Source: Pseudomonadota bacterium (lineage in GTDB: Bacteria; Pseudomonadota; Alphaproteobacteria; Rickettsiales; UBA6187). Taken from it: a stretch of DNA of 64,000 bases. This document shows positions 19,917 to 28,660 of this stretch, in pieces. The stretch spans positions 104,358 to 168,357 of the forward strand of contig JAQCEY010000002.1 in assembly GCA_027620075.1 (NCBI GenBank). The letters are read 5' to 3'. The notes below the pieces were generated by a model. It did no database searches. It worked only from the letters and a program-made list of their open reading frames with translations, and had not been told where the DNA came from. Positions within the stretch are counted from its first letter, which is position 1; each line of letters begins with the position of its first letter. Made by a program: the position numbers and the translations under genes.

Positions 19917-19932
19917 AGTTTCACGTGAAACT
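19917..19932. promoter_or_regulatory. parS: parS-like site 5 (parA-parB spacer)
   Basis: AGTTTCACGTGAAACT, a perfect 16-nt palindrome with the consensus 14-nt core. Confidence 0.75.
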
Positions 19933-19970
19933 TGGTGTAGGTGATATTAAAAAAATAGGATAAAAAAAAG

Positions 19971-20948
19971 ATGAAAAAATCTAAAAGTGCATTAGGAATG
20001 GGACTATCGGCATTATTTTCTGAGGAAGATACTGCCGTTATAGACAGCGAATCAACAGGTCAAAGGGCGGTAGTGCAAACATCTGAAGACCTGTCGGAGG
20101 AGGATAATCCTAATGACAGAATGAGAGCCAGACTGCTTGACGTTAATATGCTGGTTCCGGGAAAGTTCCAGCCACGCGGATATTTCGATGAAGAAAAGCT
20201 AAACGAGTTAGTAAGATCGATAAAAGAAAACGGTGTTATACAGCCGATTTTAGTTCGTACAGAGGATACCGAAGGGCGTTACCAGATTATAGCAGGTGAG
20301 CGTAGATGGAGGGCTTGTAAGCAGGCGGGCTTGGAAAGAATACCGGCGGTTATCAAGGAGTTATCGGACAGAGAAGCTCTGGAGGTGGCATTAGTAGAAA
20401 ACATTCAAAGACAAAGTCTAACGGCTATTGAAGAAGCGGAAGGTTATAAAAAGCTACTGGAAGAATTCGGATATACTCAGGAAAAACTAGCTTCAAATTT
20501 AGGCAAAAGCCGTAGCCACATATCTAACATGCTGCGACTATTAAATCTTCCCGATGAAATAAAAGATTTCATAAATACAGGTGCTTTGTCTATGGGGCAT
20601 GCAAGGGCTTTAGTAAACGCACAGAACCCTATAGAGTTGGCGTACAAGATTATAGAAGAGGGTTTGAGCGTTAGGGAAACCGAAAAATATGCCGCCGGAA
20701 GTGGAAAAAGGGGAGGCAGAGCAAATGCTGCTCCCGTTAAACCGAAATTAGAGCCTTCCGTACAAAATACCCCTTCTTCTAACGCTCCTGTCGGAGAAAA
20801 AGACCCCGATCTGATAATTATTGAAAACTCCCTTTCCAATAGTATGGGTATGAAAGTTACCATTGACGATACGGAGGAGGGTGGAAAAGTAACATTGTAT
20901 TTCAATAATCTATCCGAATTGGACAAAATCTTACAAAAGTTAGGGTAA
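19971..20948 (+). CDS. parB: Chromosome partitioning protein ParB (Spo0J)
   Basis: 325 aa with the ParB box and arginine patch IIAGERRWRA, plus the HTH region QEKLASNLGKSRSHISNMLRLL. Confidence 0.94.
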   Translation: MKKSKSALGMGLSALFSEEDTAVIDSESTGQRAVVQTSEDLSEEDNPNDRMRARLLDVNMLVPGKFQPRGYFDEEKLNELVRSIKENGVIQPILVRTEDTEGRYQIIAGERRWRACKQAGLERIPAVIKELSDREALEVALVENIQRQSLTAIEEAEGYKKLLEEFGYTQEKLASNLGKSRSHISNMLRLLNLPDEIKDFINTGALSMGHARALVNAQNPIELAYKIIEEGLSVRETEKYAAGSGKRGGRANAAPVKPKLEPSVQNTPSSNAPVGEKDPDLIIIENSLSNSMGMKVTIDDTEEGGKVTLYFNNLSELDKILQKLG

Positions 20949-21070
20949 TGAAATATAGCTTAATTGCTCCCCCCTCTGCTTTACGCAAGACACTAAAAGT
21001 TGAAAAAAGTTGCAAACTATTAATTTTTACATTATATAGTGCCTACGATATTATTAGGGGAGAGTAGGAA

Positions 21071-21997
21071 TTGTATAATATAATACCGGTAATATTAGCA
21101 GGCGGCGAGGGCAATCGTCTAAAACCACTTAGCACAAAAAAGAAACCCAAACAATTTTTAAAACTTTCGTCCGGCAAGAATAAGTTAAGCTTATTACAGG
21201 AAACGGCTAAACGGGCTTTACAGATAACCGATGCGAAAGATATTATAGTAATTTCATCCGAAGCACACAAAAAGATAGCGATAAAACAGTTGGGCAAGAT
21301 TCATAAGGACTTATGTAACAACGTTATACTTGAGCCTTGCGGGAAAAATACAGCTATGGCAACGTCAATAGCCGCCATTTATGCGGCTAACAACCATAGC
21401 GATCCGGTATTGCTGATTATGCCTTCAGACCACTTGATAAGCGATTCGACCGAATTGATATATAGCATAAAAAGTTCAATAGCCGCCGCTAAAAGAGGGC
21501 ATATAGTCCTGTTCGGTATAAACCCTACAAGAGAGGATGGGAACTACGGACATATCGTACAAGGTGACGAGTCCCTGTTCAGGGAGCTTTTTGAGGTAAA
21601 CGGCTTTATTGAAAAGCCTGATAGAGAAAAACTTTCAACCCTTAAAAAACATGATAAAAAATGGTGGAATAGCGGAATGTTCCTTATGTCGACAAGAACA
21701 TTTTTCTCTGAAATGAAGAAGAAAAACCTCGATGTACTGACAAAAGCCAGTAATGCTTATGCAAGCCTAAAGGAATCCGATTACGGCTATACGATTAACG
21801 AAAGCCTTTATTCGGATGTAAGGTCGATTTCAATTGATAAAGCCATCATTGAAGATAGTAAAAAGCTACTGGTAAAACCTGTTGATATTGATTGGCACGA
21901 CCTAGGCTCATGGCAGTCAATCTGGGAACTTAGTCAAAAAGACGGGAAGGGGACGCCACTTGAGAATTTCCTTGATAAAATAGCAGCGGCTTCTTAA
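21071..21997 (+). CDS. Sugar-phosphate nucleotidyltransferase (mannose-1-phosphate guanylyltransferase-like, lacking the C-terminal cupin domain)
   Basis: 308 aa. The N-terminal IPVILAGGEGNRLKPLS matches the NTP_transferase signature (LAGGxGxRLxPLS). Confidence 0.7.
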   Translation: MYNIIPVILAGGEGNRLKPLSTKKKPKQFLKLSSGKNKLSLLQETAKRALQITDAKDIIVISSEAHKKIAIKQLGKIHKDLCNNVILEPCGKNTAMATSIAAIYAANNHSDPVLLIMPSDHLISDSTELIYSIKSSIAAAKRGHIVLFGINPTREDGNYGHIVQGDESLFRELFEVNGFIEKPDREKLSTLKKHDKKWWNSGMFLMSTRTFFSEMKKKNLDVLTKASNAYASLKESDYGYTINESLYSDVRSISIDKAIIEDSKKLLVKPVDIDWHDLGSWQSIWELSQKDGKGTPLENFLDKIAAAS

Positions 21998-22063
21998 TGA
22001 GGTAACTCTTGTCATATATACGTAAATCAAATTCAAATTTACTATAAATTCAGAACAACAAGT

Positions 22064-22546
22064 TCACTTATCATCTTTTTTCGGAGCGAACATGCCTAAA
22101 GTGCTTTCAAATATTTTCATATTCTGCTCAGTCATGTTCTCAAACATCTTGATAGGAGTGAATCTTGTCCAGTCCGCACTAGAGAAATTGACCATTTTTT
22201 CCTGATTTTGTATGAACTGCTCCATCATGGCGGTAAGATAACTTGGCACTACACCTTCTAATTTTGTATTACCGTACATTCCTATTAGCTGCCTTAAGAA
22301 ATTTATAGGGAGCAGGTTATACCCTTTTGCTTCCTGCTCAAAAATTATCTGGGTAAGTACGGAACGTGTAATATCCTCTTCGGTTTTAGCGTCCTTAACA
22401 ACAAACTCCTCACCTCGCTTTATCATATCAAACAAGTCTTCCAAGACAATATAACAGCTAGTCTGGGTGTTATACAAACGACGGTTAGCATATTTTTTAA
22501 TAGTTACGATGTCATTATTAGCTTGTTTTGTCATGGATAAACTCAT
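22064..22546 (-). CDS. phaR: Polyhydroxyalkanoate synthesis repressor PhaR
   Basis: 160 aa. IKKYANRRLYNTQTSCYIVLEDL is the characteristic PhaR N-terminal DNA-binding motif. The gene is divergent from the PHA synthase-like gene. Confidence 0.82.
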   Translation of the reverse strand: MSLSMTKQANNDIVTIKKYANRRLYNTQTSCYIVLEDLFDMIKRGEEFVVKDAKTEEDITRSVLTQIIFEQEAKGYNLLPINFLRQLIGMYGNTKLEGVVPSYLTAMMEQFIQNQEKMVNFSSADWTRFTPIKMFENMTEQNMKIFESTLGMFAPKKDDK

Positions 22547-22589
22547 ATTTTATAGTTGAGTGGGTTAACAACAATTAATTTGGAATTAA

Positions 22590-23948
22590 GTGTCTGATAA
22601 TAAAGATACCAGTAAGATTATACATGAATTTTTAGAGCTTTGGCAAAAACAATTTTCATTTATTGCCAAAGACCCTAAAACCATAGCCGCAATGCTGGCA
22701 ACATTCGCCAGTGAACAGGGAAAATATTTTGATTCATTGAAGGAAAACAAAAATGCTGAGTCAGGCTCCGATACAAACTACATAACGATGCTGATGATGA
22801 GCTACACCGGCTCCGCAAACGCATTGCAGATCTTGAAACGAGGGTCGCTGAGCTTGAATCCTCAACTGGAAGAGGAAGCAAAAAAGCTTCAGGAGAAACT
22901 AAGAGAAAAAGACCTAAAAGAGCTGTCGCTTGAACTTACCAAGCAATTAAACAACAGGTTCGGTGAACTTGTTTCAGTTATAAAAACCCTAAACAGATAT
23001 GATTATAAACGCACCTTAACAGAAGGAGAAACCGTCTGGCAGGAAGGTTCAACAAGACTTTTGTCGTTTGAATGCGAATCTGAAAAAACCGTTATTTTCA
23101 TTCCGTCTTTAATTAATAAATCATATATTCTTGACCTGTCGGAAAAACGCAGTTTCATACGCTATCTTCAAAAGAACGGTATAAATTCATATCTGGTAGA
23201 CTGGGGAGAGCCTGAACAGGGCGAGTTGGGCTTTGACCTTGATGATTATATAGTCGGTCGCCTCGATAAAATAATTGACCATGTGGGCAAGATTAGCAAA
23301 AACCCTATAATACCGGCAGGCTATTGTATGGGTGGCTTGCTTGCTATAGCATCGGCATTACGGAACAAAGAAAAGATAAGTGCGTTAGGGCTATTTGCCA
23401 CCCCGTGGGAATTCCATAGCAACGATTTTCAACGCTTTAATCTTGATGAAAAGGGGGTTGATTCTCTTGAGCAAATCATTAACTCTTCAGGCAAAATACC
23501 GGCAGGTATCATACAATCAATGTTCTATTATCTGCACCCCGAATCGGTGCAGCATAAATTTGAAAATTTCTTTTCCTTTATCAATGACGAATCGTCTGAC
23601 ATAGAAGAATTTATGGCGATTGAACACTGGGTAAATGACGGTATATCCATGCCGTCCAAGGTCGCAAAAACCTGTTTCATAGACTGGGTTCATAATAATA
23701 ATGTCAGCAACCTTAAATGGACGGTCGGAGGAAATACGGTAGACCCCACCAAATTAGACCTGCCGGTGTTCGTTTTAAACTCCGATAAGGATCATATAGT
23801 ACCCACGGGTTGCTTTGAACCTCTTTTGCCCCTTTTGAGCAATAAAACATATTTAAAACAGAATTTAGGACATATATCGATAATTGCAGGTTCAAAAGCA
23901 GAAAACATTGTCTGGAAGCCTTTTAAAGACTGGGTCGAAAATATATAG
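22590..23948 (+). CDS. phaC: PHA synthase-like alpha/beta hydrolase (PhaC family)
   Basis: 452 aa with the lipase-like box carrying Cys (AGYCMGGLLA), a later SDKDHIVP Asp and a GHISII His. The gene neighbours phaR. Confidence 0.62.
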   Translation: MSDNKDTSKIIHEFLELWQKQFSFIAKDPKTIAAMLATFASEQGKYFDSLKENKNAESGSDTNYITMLMMSYTGSANALQILKRGSLSLNPQLEEEAKKLQEKLREKDLKELSLELTKQLNNRFGELVSVIKTLNRYDYKRTLTEGETVWQEGSTRLLSFECESEKTVIFIPSLINKSYILDLSEKRSFIRYLQKNGINSYLVDWGEPEQGELGFDLDDYIVGRLDKIIDHVGKISKNPIIPAGYCMGGLLAIASALRNKEKISALGLFATPWEFHSNDFQRFNLDEKGVDSLEQIINSSGKIPAGIIQSMFYYLHPESVQHKFENFFSFINDESSDIEEFMAIEHWVNDGISMPSKVAKTCFIDWVHNNNVSNLKWTVGGNTVDPTKLDLPVFVLNSDKDHIVPTGCFEPLLPLLSNKTYLKQNLGHISIIAGSKAENIVWKPFKDWVENI

Positions 23949-24121
23949 CAATATGACAGGGGTGTAGTAAATTTGAATTTAATTTGGTTATATTTGTCAT
24001 TTTAAATATATTAACCGATACTTTCATAAAGAAAATCCGTTTATAAATCCACTTGAAAATTCAAAGTGTTTGTGTAGAGTGTTAAACATATTTTCAATGA
24101 AATTATTATTATCGTAAAAAT

Positions 24122-25246
24122 ATGAACGTTAAGACCGATATATTGTCCAAGATAAATTTAGATATTTCTGACTTGAAAAAAGAAAATCTTTTCCGACAGT
24201 TGCATGAAACGTCAAGGACGGGCGGTATTCATATAATCCGTGACGGCAGGAAGTTACTTTCTTTTAGTTGCAATGATTATTTGGGATTGTCGCAGAATCC
24301 CAAGGTAAAGACAGCCGCTATAGTTGCTATAGAAAAATACGGTACGGGTTCGGGGGCATCGCGTTTTGTAACGGGTAATTGCCCGTTATATAAGGAGCTT
24401 GAACAAAAGCTGGCACAGATTAAGAAAACTGAAGCAGCTACGGTTTTCGGCAGCGGATATCTGGTAAATCTGGGTGCTATACCGGCATTTATGGGTGTGG
24501 GAGATTTGATAGTCGCCGATAAGCTTGTTCATGCCTGTTTGCTTGACGGAGCAAAATTGTCAGGTGCGAAACTTATGCGTTTTAGCCATAATTCCGTGGA
24601 AAAATGTGAGGAGTTGCTGCGAAAACACCGTGATATCTACAAGAACTGTATAATACTTACCGACCACGTATTCAGCATGGACGGAGATGTTGCTCCGGTT
24701 AGCCGGCTATATGATCTGGCAGAAAAATATAATGCGTGGCTTATGACCGATGATGCCCACGGATTCGGTATTTTACCCAATGCCAAGGCTCATATTCAGA
24801 TGGGTACTTTGTCGAAGGCTGCGGGCTGTTATGGCGGCTATATTTGTGCTTCTGCCGAGATAGTCGAGTATTTACAGAACAAGTCACGTTCGCTTATCTA
24901 CTCAACGGCATTGCCGCCTTCGGTGCTGGCATCTGCTATTGAAGCGGTGGGTCTTATAGAGCAGCAAAAGGATAAAGCCTGTAAAGCTCTTACTAACGCA
25001 CGTTATTTTACGGAGCTTTTGGGTTTACCTGAGGCACAAAGTGCAATAGTGCCGATTATATTCGGTGATGAGCAGAAAACTATTACCGCATCAAAGATAT
25101 TGGAAGATGAGGGATATCTGGTATCTGCCATAAGACCGCCTACCGTACCTAAGAATACGGCAAGATTACGCTTTACATTCTCTTCGTTACATACTAAACA
25201 GAATATTGACGATATTGTATCGGTTATAAGGCAAAAATTGTTTTAA
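24122..25246 (+). CDS. bioF: 8-amino-7-oxononanoate synthase BioF
   Basis: 374 aa, alpha-oxoamine synthase family, with DDAHGFG and the PLP-lysine GTLSKAAG. Confidence 0.86.
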   Translation: MNVKTDILSKINLDISDLKKENLFRQLHETSRTGGIHIIRDGRKLLSFSCNDYLGLSQNPKVKTAAIVAIEKYGTGSGASRFVTGNCPLYKELEQKLAQIKKTEAATVFGSGYLVNLGAIPAFMGVGDLIVADKLVHACLLDGAKLSGAKLMRFSHNSVEKCEELLRKHRDIYKNCIILTDHVFSMDGDVAPVSRLYDLAEKYNAWLMTDDAHGFGILPNAKAHIQMGTLSKAAGCYGGYICASAEIVEYLQNKSRSLIYSTALPPSVLASAIEAVGLIEQQKDKACKALTNARYFTELLGLPEAQSAIVPIIFGDEQKTITASKILEDEGYLVSAIRPPTVPKNTARLRFTFSSLHTKQNIDDIVSVIRQKLF

Positions 25247-25261
25247 AGAGGAATGTTATAT

Positions 25262-25401
25262 TATAGTGTCGTAACTTTTCAAAAAGCGTTGTCATCCCCG
25301 ACTTGTTCGGGGATCTTGAATAAGTTAAAATGAGATCCCCCTATAATTTTCTACGAAAATTCGGGGGATGACGGCATTTTTGAAAAGGTAATTTTACTAT
25401 A
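25262..25401. repeat. Type B palindromic repeat (about 140 bp), copy B1
   Basis: TATAGT...AACTTTTCAAAAAGCGTT-GTCATCCCCGACTTGTTCGGGGATC...GATCCCCCTATAATTTTCTACGAAAATTCGGGGGATGAC...TTTTTGAAAAGGT...ACTATA. About 85 percent identical to the reverse complement of 44522..44663. Confidence 0.85.
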
Positions 25402-25496
25402 GGAACCTCTGCAAAAGGAGTAAGGAGTTATAAAATTTAGTCCCTTCTCCCCAAGGGAGAGGGAGTAGTTTGTACACTTTTGCAGAGGCTGCTATA
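25396..25496. repeat. Type C palindromic repeat, short form, copy C1
   Basis: ACTATAGGAACCTCTGCAAAAGG...CCCTTCTCCCCAAGGGAGAGGGAG...CTTTTGCAGAGGCTGCTATA. It shares the ACTATA junction with B1. Confidence 0.8.
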
Positions 25497-25515
25497 ATTG
25501 TTTTTTGAATTTTTT

Positions 25516-25583
25516 GTCAACCTGAATATTGTTTCAGGTTCTCTCATAAAAAATAACAGATGCTGAAATAAATTCAGCATGAC
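25516..25583. repeat. Type A double-hairpin repeat, copy A2
   Basis: GTCAACCTGAATATTGTTTCAGGTT...GATGCTGAAATAAATTCAGCATGAC. It covers the track start codon at 25579 of the next ORF. Confidence 0.8.
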
Positions 25584-25602
25584 AATAATAAAGTGCAAGA
25601 TA

Positions 25603-26274
25603 ATGAAAAATATAATTACGTTTAGCGGTTGGGGGCAGGATTATGACGCTTTGGAAAATATTGCCCCCGGAGCTAATCATATAAATTATAAGGACTTTGA
25701 TAATATCGAAGCCCTTTTCGAGTCGTTGAGGGACACGCCCTGTGATATGCTGATAGGCTGGAGCTTGGGAGGTCAGTTGGCATTAAGGGCGATAGATGCG
25801 GATATATTAAAACCCAAAAGGCTGGTGCTGATATCCACTCCGTTCCAGTTTATATCGGGACAGGGTTTATATTGCGGTATAAATATGGATAGCTTTATTG
25901 AGTTTGAGAATGATTTTACGCATGACCCTGAAAAAACTTTAAAACAATTTGCCGCCCTGATAGCCAAGGGTGACAAAGATGCCCGTAATATCGCTAGGAT
26001 ATTGAGAAATGCAAATAATGAGGACGCTATAAAATGGTTATATTGGCTTGACCAGTTACGCAGTTTTTCATGCAAAAAGACGGACTATGATAAGGTTCCC
26101 CCGACATTGGCTATTACAGGCAGCAATGATATGGTAATACAACCCTCGCAGATAGACCTGTTCCGTCCTCTTATAAGGTCGGGATATAAAGCTGCCATAC
26201 TTGAAAAATGCGGTCATGCCCCTCACCTGCATGATGAGCAGAAGGTAAGGGAATTAATAGCCGGAGTAGCATGA
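25603..26274 (+). CDS. bioH: Alpha/beta hydrolase, BioH-like pimeloyl-ACP methyl ester carboxylesterase
   Basis: Nucleophile elbow GWSLGG and a C-terminal CGHAPHLH. It sits between bioF and bioC and overlaps bioC by 4 nt. The start at MKNIITFSGWG (25603) is preferred because 25579 lies in repeat A2. Confidence 0.62.
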   Translation: MKNIITFSGWGQDYDALENIAPGANHINYKDFDNIEALFESLRDTPCDMLIGWSLGGQLALRAIDADILKPKRLVLISTPFQFISGQGLYCGINMDSFIEFENDFTHDPEKTLKQFAALIAKGDKDARNIARILRNANNEDAIKWLYWLDQLRSFSCKKTDYDKVPPTLAITGSNDMVIQPSQIDLFRPLIRSGYKAAILEKCGHAPHLHDEQKVRELIAGVA

Positions 26275-27068
26275 TATCGGTTTTTAAAAAGAATATATCT
26301 CGTGACTTTGATAAAGCCGCCGGAAATTATGACGAGCATGCAACGGTTCAGCGAAAGGCTGCCGATAATTTATTCTCAATGATAAAGGACGATATAACAA
26401 ACAATAAGTTTGTGTTAGACGCGGGTTGCGGTACGGGTTATCTGCATGAATTATTGAGAAAGAATAAGATACATTGTCCTTTATTCCAGACAGATATTTC
26501 ATATAATATGTGTAAGGTTGCCGACGGTTATGCATCACCGCCTGAATATGGAGGAACATATACCTGCCGCTCCGACGTTGAAAATCTGCCTTTTGCCTCC
26601 TCCTCGATTGATTTGGTTTTTTCATCGCTTACATTGCAATGGACGGATGCGGAAAAAGTTTTGCAGCAAATATATAATGTGCTGAAGCCGAAGGGAAAAA
26701 TAGCAATTGCCACAATAGGTTGCGGTACACTTTCAGAGCTGCATGAATCATCATTATCTTTGGGCAAAGAATTATATATCAATGATAATTTTGTGAACGA
26801 GGAATATTTGAACGGCTTGTGCGTAAACACCGGTTTCAGGAATATAGAGGTTCAAAGCGGTACTATAAGGATAGAGCATGATAATTTAAAGAAGCTGCTT
26901 ATTTCTATAAAAGGCGTGGGTGCAAGCTATAAGGCAAAGCGTGAGGCGAGATATTTAGGTAAGGATTACTTTGTGCGGTTGGAAGAAAAATATAAGGAAA
27001 ACTTTTGCAGTAACAATAAACTTATAGCCGGTTGGAATATTATTTATGTTACGGCGGAAAAAAGTTAG
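26271..27068 (+). CDS. bioC: Malonyl-ACP O-methyltransferase BioC
   Basis: 265 aa with FDKAAGNYDEHATVQRKAA, VLDAGCGTG and LQW motifs typical of BioC. Confidence 0.8.
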   Translation: MISVFKKNISRDFDKAAGNYDEHATVQRKAADNLFSMIKDDITNNKFVLDAGCGTGYLHELLRKNKIHCPLFQTDISYNMCKVADGYASPPEYGGTYTCRSDVENLPFASSSIDLVFSSLTLQWTDAEKVLQQIYNVLKPKGKIAIATIGCGTLSELHESSLSLGKELYINDNFVNEEYLNGLCVNTGFRNIEVQSGTIRIEHDNLKKLLISIKGVGASYKAKREARYLGKDYFVRLEEKYKENFCSNNKLIAGWNIIYVTAEKS

Positions 27069-27114
27069 GAAGCTTTTTGTAGTCATTCCAAATTACGTTT
27101 TTATTCGTTCTTTT

Positions 27115-27158
27115 TGTCCCCCGTCGAAGGGAGAGGGTGTTTTGCAGAGATTACTATA
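27115..27158. repeat. Type C repeat fragment (right half), C4
   Basis: CCCCCGTCGAAGGGAGAGGGTGTTTTGCAGAGATTACTATA. Confidence 0.6.
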
Positions 27159-27197
27159 AATATTTACTTCCGTTGCTATTTATATTATAATAACAAT

Positions 27198-27536
27198 ATG
27201 GGTATAATACGTAAAATTTTGTTTTTAATTGTTTTTGTAAGCCTGTCCTTTTCGGGTGCGGCTAATGCTGCCGTTGATTGCTGTGTTAAAGATGGCAACC
27301 CGGAACATGTGCCTATGATGATGGAAGAGCCGTGTCATGATATGGAAGAAGATGTTAAAAATAACGATAATAGCTGTGAAAATTGCGGTTGTCAGCATTG
27401 TATAGGCAGTCTTTTCACGTTAGTGCAGCTAAAAAATGCAATACAAAAAATCTCAATATCAAATTCGTATTTTGATGATAATTTTATATCAATATCAATA
27501 AACAAAATACTCCAACCGCCCAAACATATCTCCTAA
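27198..27536 (+). CDS. Small exported Cys/His/Met-rich protein (putative metal-binding)
   Basis: Signal peptide MGIIRKILFLIVFVSLSFSGAANA, then AVDCCVKDGNPEHVPMMMEEPCHDMEE...CENCGCQHC. The track start at 27114 lies in a repeat fragment. Confidence 0.5.
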   Translation: MGIIRKILFLIVFVSLSFSGAANAAVDCCVKDGNPEHVPMMMEEPCHDMEEDVKNNDNSCENCGCQHCIGSLFTLVQLKNAIQKISISNSYFDDNFISISINKILQPPKHIS

Positions 27537-27592
27537 CGTTTTTTACAAGGCATTATTGTGCCTTATGCTAATCTATAACAGGAGATATTTGA

Positions 27593-28276
27593 ATGAAAGT
27601 TTCTATTTCATTTATGCGGAATTTATTTCAGCATCTATTATATATCGCAATAATGTTTGTTGCCTCTATTGCGATATCGGCGAGTTCGTTTGCACGCCCC
27701 GTTTCATATCCTGAGGGGTGGACTATTATGCAAATGAATAACACGAACAGTAACAATCTGCATGTCCATTATTCACCGACAGCTAAGTATTCCATCGGCT
27801 ATAAAGGAGAGTATCACAGAGCGGAAGAATGGCAGTTTCACGGTATGCAGCTAAATTATCTGGCAAAGAGAGTAAATAAAAAAAGCTCTCAAGCCAATAT
27901 TTATCTGAAATCGGCAATAGGTGCTGCCTATAGTGATTTTGGGGCTTTTGACAATAAGACCGAAGCTGCCGCATCAATAGGCATCGCCACAGATTGGGAA
28001 ACAAGGAGGTATTTCACTTCATATGAAAACCGCCTTACCTATGCCGGTGATATCGAGAAATCCTTTGAACAAAAGGCGAGGGTGGGGATAGCCCCGTATC
28101 TTGGTAGTTATGGCGACCTGCATACATGGCTGATGCTGGAAGTAGATCACAGTCCCAAACGTGCCGATGAGGTTATTTATACACCGATGGTGCGGCTGTT
28201 TAAGGACGTGTATTTGTTTGAATTCGGTGTCAGCAGTAACAAAGATTTTTTAATTAATACGGTAATAAGATTTTAA
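27593..28276 (+). CDS. Putative outer-membrane beta-barrel protein
   Basis: 227 aa with an N-terminal signal-like hydrophobic segment ending SSFA, alternating-residue beta-strand patterns, and a C-terminal aromatic end ...NTVIRF. Confidence 0.5.
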   Translation: MKVSISFMRNLFQHLLYIAIMFVASIAISASSFARPVSYPEGWTIMQMNNTNSNNLHVHYSPTAKYSIGYKGEYHRAEEWQFHGMQLNYLAKRVNKKSSQANIYLKSAIGAAYSDFGAFDNKTEAAASIGIATDWETRRYFTSYENRLTYAGDIEKSFEQKARVGIAPYLGSYGDLHTWLMLEVDHSPKRADEVIYTPMVRLFKDVYLFEFGVSSNKDFLINTVIRF

Positions 28277-28287
28277 GGAGAAATAAC

Positions 28288-28659
28288 ATGAAGAAAATAT
28301 TTTTATCAATTTCAATTGCAGTTTTGTTTTTAACAACTAACGCTTTTGCCAACCACCCCGGACATACGCATGATAATGAGCCGGAGGAAGCCACAGAGTC
28401 GAAAACGGGTAGCATTGAGGGTGCAGCATGTGAAGATATAGTAACCGTGTCTGTAAACGGTCTTGTATGCGATTTTTGTGCAAGGGCTTTAGAAAAGACC
28501 TTCGGTAAACAAGATGAGGTTTCCCGAATCAATGTAGACCTTGAAAAAGGGAAGGTGGCTATAGCCATGAAAGAAGGTATGACCATTTCTGACGAGATGC
28601 TTACCAAGCTTATTACGGATTCGGGATATAACGTAACCGCAATTGATAAGGGTTGCTAA
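28288..28659 (+). CDS. Periplasmic heavy-metal-associated (HMA) domain protein, MerP/CopZ-like
   Basis: Signal peptide MKKIFLSISIAVLFLTTNAFA, a His-rich NHPGHTHD segment, and an HMA fold with the metal motif GLVCDFC. Confidence 0.75.
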   Translation: MKKIFLSISIAVLFLTTNAFANHPGHTHDNEPEEATESKTGSIEGAACEDIVTVSVNGLVCDFCARALEKTFGKQDEVSRINVDLEKGKVAIAMKEGMTISDEMLTKLITDSGYNVTAIDKGC

Positions 28660-28660
28660 C

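Noticed and set aside
13834-21070. oriC within the parS/parAB neighbourhood
   Set aside because: I found no cluster of DnaA boxes (TTATCCACA or its complement) in the intergenic regions here. Alphaproteobacterial origins are usually next to hemE, which is not in the window.
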